A stretch of 64,000 nt of DNA from Candidatus Latescibacterota bacterium (lineage in GTDB: Bacteria; Latescibacterota; CBDEFO01), in NCBI GenBank assembly GCA_965248755.1, contig OZ252149.1, forward strand, positions 2,880,001-2,944,000. Direction: 5' to 3'. This document shows, piece after piece, positions 58,507 through 64,000 of this stretch. Numbering within the stretch: position 1 is the first letter of the stretch; the number at the start of each line of letters is the position of its first letter. The position numbers and the translations under genes are program-made. A model generated the notes under the pieces. The model was not told where the DNA came from. It was given only the letters and a program-made list of their open reading frames with translations, and made no database searches.

Positions 58507-59385
58507 ATGATCCCAAAAGACATATTAAAGAAGGTCAAACAGATAGAGATACAGACCAGGAATCTCGTAAATACGGTCTTTTCAGGTGAGTATCATTCCG
58601 TCTTCAAGGGCAGGGGGATGGAGTTTGCGGAGGTGAGGGAGTACCAGATAGGGGACGACGTAAGGACTATCGATTGGAATGTGACGGCCAGGATGGATCA
58701 TCCGTTCGTCAAGGTCTTCGAAGAGGAGCGGGAACTGACGGTGATTTTAGTCGTGGATGCGAGTTCCTCCGGAGAGTTCGGCACGGTTCATCAGATGAAG
58801 GGGGAGATAGCCGTAGAGATATGCGCGCTGCTGGCATTTTCGGCTATCAAGAACAACGATAGGGTAGGGTTGATCATCTTCACGGACGATGTTGAAAAGT
58901 TCATCCCGCCCAAAAAGGGCAAAAAGCACGTGTTGAGAGTTATAAGGGAACTCCTCTATTTTGAGCCTAAAGGAAGAGGTACCGACATAGCCAGGGCGTT
59001 GGAGTTCCTGAACATGGTGACCACAAGGAAGAGCGTGGTCTTTATTGTATCGGATTTTCTGTCCCAGGGCTACGACACAGCTTTGAAGATAGCCAACAAA
59101 AGACACGACATCATAGCCATAACGATCACAGACCCCAGGGAGATGGAACTGCCGAATGTAGGGATTGTGGAGTTGGAGGACGCTGAGACTGGAGAGAAGA
59201 TATTGATGGACACCTCCGACCCACAGATCAGAGAGAGATTCTCCACTCTGAATGACCAGGAAAGGTCAAAGCGGGACAGGCTCTTTAGGTCGATCGGAGT
59301 CGATTCGGTAGATGTAACGACCCACCGCCCTTATGTGGAATCCTTGATACGCTTTTTCAGGATGAGGGCCAGCAAATTCAGGTAG
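58507..59385 (+). CDS. DUF58 (vWA-like) protein
   Basis: GEYHSVFKGRGMEFAEVREY, IDWNVTAR, FEEEREL, VSDF. Confidence 0.94.
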   Translation: MIPKDILKKVKQIEIQTRNLVNTVFSGEYHSVFKGRGMEFAEVREYQIGDDVRTIDWNVTARMDHPFVKVFEEERELTVILVVDASSSGEFGTVHQMKGEIAVEICALLAFSAIKNNDRVGLIIFTDDVEKFIPPKKGKKHVLRVIRELLYFEPKGRGTDIARALEFLNMVTTRKSVVFIVSDFLSQGYDTALKIANKRHDIIAITITDPREMELPNVGIVELEDAETGEKILMDTSDPQIRERFSTLNDQERSKRDRLFRSIGVDSVDVTTHRPYVESLIRFFRMRASKFR

Positions 59386-59486
59386 AAATCGAAAGCTGGG
59401 AACTTTATTCCAGCGTTGTCGTAAAATATTACAGATTAAGTTTTGGGGCAATTAGGTTTGGGGGCAATTAGAGGGAGGGAATAGCT

Positions 59487-60089
59487 TTGGAATTTAAGTA
59501 CTGGCTCCTCCCGATCATAAGCGCGGCGGTCGGATGGTTTACAAACTATGTGGCCGTAAAGATGATCTTCCAGCCCCGAAGGAGGATAGAGTTCTGGGGC
59601 CTTTCGATACAGGGTCTGCTCCCTCAAAGACAGGGGCAGCTTGCCGAGATTATAGGAAGAATCGTCGAGGAAGAGCTCCTTACACACACAGATATAAGAA
59701 GTGCAATTTTTGAGGACGGCTTTTGCGACACTGCGGCGGACGTGATAGGTCGCAGGATAGACCAAACAGTGGACTACAAGCTGAAACCGTACAGTATCTT
59801 ACTGAAGAACTCGGTCGCCAGGAAAGCCCTTCAGAGATTCAAGGATGCTCTGACCTACGAAGCTGTTTCTCTCATTCCTGATGTATCGGATGAGATGATG
59901 AAGCGCATCGAGGAGAACATAAAGATAAGGGACATGGTAAAGGAGAAGATAGAAAAGTTCGACATGGATAAGTTCGAAGGCATAGTATTCAAAGTAGCCC
60001 AAAAGGAGTTTAAACATATAGAGATGTTCGGAGGGATGCTGGGATTTTTGATAGGGGTTGTGCAGATGGTGTTAATACAGCTTTTGTAA
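59487..60089 (+). CDS. DUF445 family membrane protein
   Basis: GWFTNYVAVKMIF.P, QGLLP, KEFKHIEMFGGMLGFLIG. Confidence 0.9.
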   Translation: MEFKYWLLPIISAAVGWFTNYVAVKMIFQPRRRIEFWGLSIQGLLPQRQGQLAEIIGRIVEEELLTHTDIRSAIFEDGFCDTAADVIGRRIDQTVDYKLKPYSILLKNSVARKALQRFKDALTYEAVSLIPDVSDEMMKRIEENIKIRDMVKEKIEKFDMDKFEGIVFKVAQKEFKHIEMFGGMLGFLIGVVQMVLIQLL

Positions 60090-60106
60090 AGAGAAGGAGG
60101 TCCCGC

Positions 60107-61051
60107 TTGATTGAAGTTGAAAACCTAACAAAATACTACGGGAGCGTCCCGGCCGTTGAGGACATCGCTTTCCGGGTTGAGAAGGGAGAGATTCTGGGCT
60201 TCTTAGGCCCAAACGGTGCGGGCAAGACGACGACCATGAGGATTTTGACCTGCTACCTCCCTGCGTCTTCGGGAACGGCGAAAGTGGCGGGGTTCGATGT
60301 CTTCGAAAACTCGATGGATGTCCGAAGGAGGATCGGCTATCTGCCGGAGCATCCCCCTTTGTACAACGAGATGACGGTCAGGTCGTATATGAAGTACGTG
60401 GCCAGGATAAAGGGCGTGCCGTCGTCGGAGAGGGAAAAGAGATTCGACGTGGTAAAAGAGCAGTGCGCTATAGGTGAGGTCTGGGATACGATAATAAGTA
60501 AGCTGTCCAAGGGCTATAAACAGAGAGTGGGGCTTGCTCAGGCTCTGATCCACGATCCGGAGGTCCTGATATTGGATGAGCCAACGGTCGGCTTGGATCC
60601 CAAGCAGATAATCGAGGTGAGGGAGCTGATCAAGGACCTTGCTGGGGAGCACACAATAATCTTAAGCACGCACATATTGCCTGAGGTGGAGATGACGTGC
60701 CAGCGGGTCGTAATAATCAACAAGGGCAGGATAGTGGCAGAAGATACGCCTGAAAAACTTGTATCGAGGCTCAAAGGGGCAAATATCCTCTTTTTGAAGG
60801 TTGAGGGTCCACCTGAGGATGTGCTGAATACGATAAGAGCAATCCAGGATGTGAGCAAGGTCAGTCTGGACGGGGTGGCAGATGAGAACCAAATAAACAG
60901 CTATCTTGTGGAGAGCCAGATAGCCAGCGACATAAGGGCGCAGGTTTCTTCCCGGATAGTGGCGGGCAATTTCTCTCTCCTGGAGATGAGACCCGTGGAA
61001 CTAAAATTGGAGGATATCTTCCTTCAGCTTACTGCGGAGGAAAGCCGATGA
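60107..61051 (+). CDS. ABC-2 transporter ATP-binding protein (GldA-like)
   Basis: GPNGAGKTT, LSKGYKQR, ILDEPT, STH. Confidence 0.93.
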   Translation: MIEVENLTKYYGSVPAVEDIAFRVEKGEILGFLGPNGAGKTTTMRILTCYLPASSGTAKVAGFDVFENSMDVRRRIGYLPEHPPLYNEMTVRSYMKYVARIKGVPSSEREKRFDVVKEQCAIGEVWDTIISKLSKGYKQRVGLAQALIHDPEVLILDEPTVGLDPKQIIEVRELIKDLAGEHTIILSTHILPEVEMTCQRVVIINKGRIVAEDTPEKLVSRLKGANILFLKVEGPPEDVLNTIRAIQDVSKVSLDGVADENQINSYLVESQIASDIRAQVSSRIVAGNFSLLEMRPVELKLEDIFLQLTAEESR

Positions 61052-61836
61052 GAAATTTTTGGGCTGTCTACACAAAAGAGCTGAAGACGTACTTCGTATC
61101 TCCTATAGCTTACACCGTAGCCGGGGTCTTTATCTTTCTGTCCGGTTACTTCTTCAACAATCTCCTCAAGGAGTTCAGCAGGATCTGCTTTACCTACACA
61201 CAGCAGATGTCAAGAATGGGCGGCCAGATCCCCCTGCTGAATCTGAACGAGTGGGTGGTAACACCTTTCTTCGGCGTGATGGACTTTCTATGGCTCTTGA
61301 TGATTCCGATGCTGACGATGCGGCTCTATTCGGAGGAGAAGAAATCGGGGACGATGGAGCTCCTGATGACTTCGCCTATCACTACAGTTCAGGTCCTGCT
61401 CGGCAAGTTCTTCGCATGTTTTACGCTGTACCTATCTATTGTGGCCACCACGATCGTATTTCCGATACTCCTTGATATATACGCCGAGCCAGATTGGGGA
61501 CCCATATTATCGGCTTATGCCGGGGTCATTCTGATGGGTTCGACGCTCATAGCGATAGGAGTCTTGATGTCGTCGCTTACGGAGAACCAGATAGTGGCTG
61601 TGATAGCAACTTTCGGATTTGTCCTTCTGTTCTGGCTTCTGGACTGGTCCGCAAGTTTTGCCGGTCCGACATGGGGTGGGATTCTCAGGTATTTGTCTAT
61701 AATGCAACATCTTACGGACTTCCATAGGGGAGTGATAGATACCAATGATGTGGTCTATTACATAAGCTTCATCGCATTTGCTCTCTTTTTGACATATTCA
61801 GTCATAGAATCCAGGAGATGGAGGAGCGGAGTATGA
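61048..61836 (+). CDS. ABC-2 transporter permease (GldF-like)
   Basis: KELKTYFVSPIAY, LTMRLYSEEKKSGTMELL, TENQIVA. Confidence 0.9.
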   Translation: MRNFWAVYTKELKTYFVSPIAYTVAGVFIFLSGYFFNNLLKEFSRICFTYTQQMSRMGGQIPLLNLNEWVVTPFFGVMDFLWLLMIPMLTMRLYSEEKKSGTMELLMTSPITTVQVLLGKFFACFTLYLSIVATTIVFPILLDIYAEPDWGPILSAYAGVILMGSTLIAIGVLMSSLTENQIVAVIATFGFVLLFWLLDWSASFAGPTWGGILRYLSIMQHLTDFHRGVIDTNDVVYYISFIAFALFLTYSVIESRRWRSGV

Positions 61837-63239
61837 CGAAAATACTCGCAAGCAGGACATTCAAATACGGTTCTAACGCCATAATTTTGGCTCTGATTGT
61901 ACTGGGCATAGTGGCTGTAATTAACTATCTTTCCATCGAATATCACAAAAGGTTTGACGTGACTCCGGGAAAGCTCTACAGCCTTTCGGATCAGACTAAA
62001 AATGTGCTGAAGAACCTGGATAAAGACATCAAGATCACGGCTTTCTACCGTGAGATGGAGAGCCCTAAATTCAAGGATCTTCTCCAAGAGTATTCCTATT
62101 ACTCGGACAGGTTCTCTTACGAGCTCATAGATCCCGATAAGAATCCAGCCATCGCCAAACAGTACGGGATCAGGGCCTACAGGACTACAGTCATCGAGAG
62201 CGACGGCGCCTCCGAAAGGATAGAAAGCGACGCAGAAAAGGACGTCACCAGCGCTATAATGAAGGTCACAAGGGGTGAAAACAAGGTGATATATTTCACG
62301 ATGGGGCACGGTGAGGCGGACATTGACAACGATAAGACCAAAGAAGGATACAGCATCTTCAGAGACCGGCTCAAAGAATCTAACTACAACGTGGAGAAGG
62401 TCATACTCGCCCAAGAAGGAGGGATCCCTCAAGACTGCGATCTTTTAGTGGTAGCAGGACCCCAAAACCGGCTCTTCAACCCGGAGATAGGTCTGATCAG
62501 CACATATCTGGATAAGGGAGGAGATGCCCTGTTCCTTCTGGATCCTTTAGTGGATTCCGGGCTTGAGGCAATGCTGAGGTCGTGGTCTGTGGAGGTCGGG
62601 GACGACTTTGTGGTGGACTTCGGGATTATCGGTAAACTGTTCGGTTTAAGAGACAACACGATGCCCGTGACGACCCAGTACGGCAATCACGAAATCACCC
62701 AAAAGCATCAGCGCATTATGACGTTCTATCCCCTGGTAAGGTCGGTCTCGGCTATGGATCAAAAGGAATCGGGGACACAGGTAACAGAGCTCGTTTTGAC
62801 GAGTTCTGAAAGTTGGGCTGAAACGAGCGTGGATCTCTTGCAAGGTCCAGCGGGGAAGGTCGAGATAAATCAAGACCCTGATGAGAAGGGAGGGCCGGTT
62901 TCGTTAGCTGTGGCTGTCGTCTCGGATGCACGGATGGCGTCTCAAGATGAAGAGTCCGAGGAGGATGGAGATAAGAAGTCCAGGATAGTCGTATTCGGAG
63001 ACCACGACTTCGGGAACAATCAGTTCTTCGGTCAGCAGGGAAACGGCGATCTCCTTATGAACTCAGTAAACTGGGTACTCGAGGAGGAGGAGCTTATCTC
63101 AATTCGTCCCAAGACGCCCGGCTTCAATCCGGTGACACTCTCGGCAAAGCAGGGGGACGTCGTGTTCTATATATCGGTCGTGGTGCTCCCCGCCCTAATC
63201 CTGCTTTCTGGAGTGGCTGTCTGGTGGAGAAGAAAATAG
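61833..63239 (+). CDS. GldG-family ABC auxiliary protein
   Basis: N-terminal TM, RFDVT...YSLSDQT, YFTMGHGE, VFGD, C-terminal TM ending WWRRK. Confidence 0.9.
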   Translation: MTKILASRTFKYGSNAIILALIVLGIVAVINYLSIEYHKRFDVTPGKLYSLSDQTKNVLKNLDKDIKITAFYREMESPKFKDLLQEYSYYSDRFSYELIDPDKNPAIAKQYGIRAYRTTVIESDGASERIESDAEKDVTSAIMKVTRGENKVIYFTMGHGEADIDNDKTKEGYSIFRDRLKESNYNVEKVILAQEGGIPQDCDLLVVAGPQNRLFNPEIGLISTYLDKGGDALFLLDPLVDSGLEAMLRSWSVEVGDDFVVDFGIIGKLFGLRDNTMPVTTQYGNHEITQKHQRIMTFYPLVRSVSAMDQKESGTQVTELVLTSSESWAETSVDLLQGPAGKVEINQDPDEKGGPVSLAVAVVSDARMASQDEESEEDGDKKSRIVVFGDHDFGNNQFFGQQGNGDLLMNSVNWVLEEEELISIRPKTPGFNPVTLSAKQGDVVFYISVVVLPALILLSGVAVWWRRK

Positions 63240-63377
63240 TACATGATGGCGGGCTTTAGGGATACCTTTTATGGATATAAAGAATCAGGGGATATAAAGA
63301 ATCAGGCAAGTAGTGCATTAGCAATTAGTGCATTAGGTGGCATCCCCACACGCATAGTGACAACGGTGCATAGATTT

Positions 63378-64000
63378 ATGTTGGAGCAAGTAAGTTTCTT
63401 TGCTGAAGGCCTCGATCACGCAGAAGGCGTGGCCGTCCATCCGGATGGGGGTGTCTGGTGCGGCGGCGAGGCCGGTCAGATCTATCGAATCGATCCATCG
63501 GGTAAGAATGTGGAAGAAGTTGCCCATACCGGTGGGTTTGTGCTGGGTTTGGCATTTTCACCTGATGTCAGTTGGCTGGCAATCTGCGATGCCGGGAATA
63601 GAGCAGTGATGAGATTAGAGCTGTCCACCATGGAGGTTAGCACGTTTGCACAGACGATTGGTGACTGGCAACTTATGCTGCCGAATTATCCCGTATTTGC
63701 TCGGGACGGGACGCTATACGTTTCGGAGTCAGGCGAGTTTGGAAAAGTCAACGGGCACATATTTCGTTTCGATGGGGAGGGTAACGGTACACTCTGGGCC
63801 GGCGAGACGCTGAATTTCGCCAACGGCATGGCGTTGGATGCGGACGAATCGTACATCTATCTGGTGGAGACCTTCTCTCCGTCCGTTTCGCGTTTTCGCA
63901 TCAACGCGGACGGTTCCGCTGGTCCAAGAGAACTTTACGTGGATGACATACGCGAAGTCCCGGACGGCCTTGCATTTGATGTGGAGGGCAATCTCTACTG
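63378..64000 (+). CDS. SMP-30/gluconolactonase family protein (runs off window end)
   Basis: Absent from the ORF track; translates MLEQVSFFAEGLDHAEGVAVHPDG...PNYPVF...FANGMAL...PDGLAFDVEGNLY. Confidence 0.88.
   Translation, partial: MLEQVSFFAEGLDHAEGVAVHPDGGVWCGGEAGQIYRIDPSGKNVEEVAHTGGFVLGLAFSPDVSWLAICDAGNRAVMRLELSTMEVSTFAQTIGDWQLMLPNYPVFARDGTLYVSESGEFGKVNGHIFRFDGEGNGTLWAGETLNFANGMALDADESYIYLVETFSPSVSRFRINADGSAGPRELYVDDIREVPDGLAFDVEGNLY

Overview
Bacterial chromosomal window, probably from the FCB superphylum (inferred from a FlgD/T9SS-type C-terminal sorting domain, dockerin-like C-terminal modules resembling those of Latescibacterota, and GldAFG-like genes). 1-29.8 kb is mostly housekeeping: an Fe-S enzyme cluster (dxs end, nadA, ispH, mtaB, miaB, lipA, a G1PDH-like gene, bioB), phosphate genes, a large outer-membrane protein, gcvT, two dockerin-tagged beta-propeller proteins, polA, tRNA-Sec, cdaA and a sigma54 regulator. 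About 29.8-44.6 kb is a decayed mobile island. It carries uncharacterised secreted proteins (sorting-domain protein, CBM9/DOMON-TPR protein, 15-Cys small protein, TPR protein, SecDF-head-like lipoprotein, M15A peptidase plus HEAT protein) interrupted by IS3, IS256, IS481 and IS1380 elements. 44.7-64 kb holds ispG, rdgB, an IS-split Zn-ribbon gene, duplicated dual-specificity phosphatases, tRNA-Arg(CCT) with a GC-rich islet, MoxR/DUF58 and an ABC-2/Gld-like transporter. The most striking non-genic signals are three. First, a 21-27 bp palindromic micro-element (CCCCGAT-N7-ATCGGGG-rCAAG) with an empty/filled site pair inside this window and in-frame copies inside a gene. Second, three 1288-bp IS3-family copies that share three frameshifts yet each have their own 4-bp target duplication. 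Third, a CAGTAGA heptamer-repeat family at gene junctions. All calls are by eye from motifs; no database searches were run.
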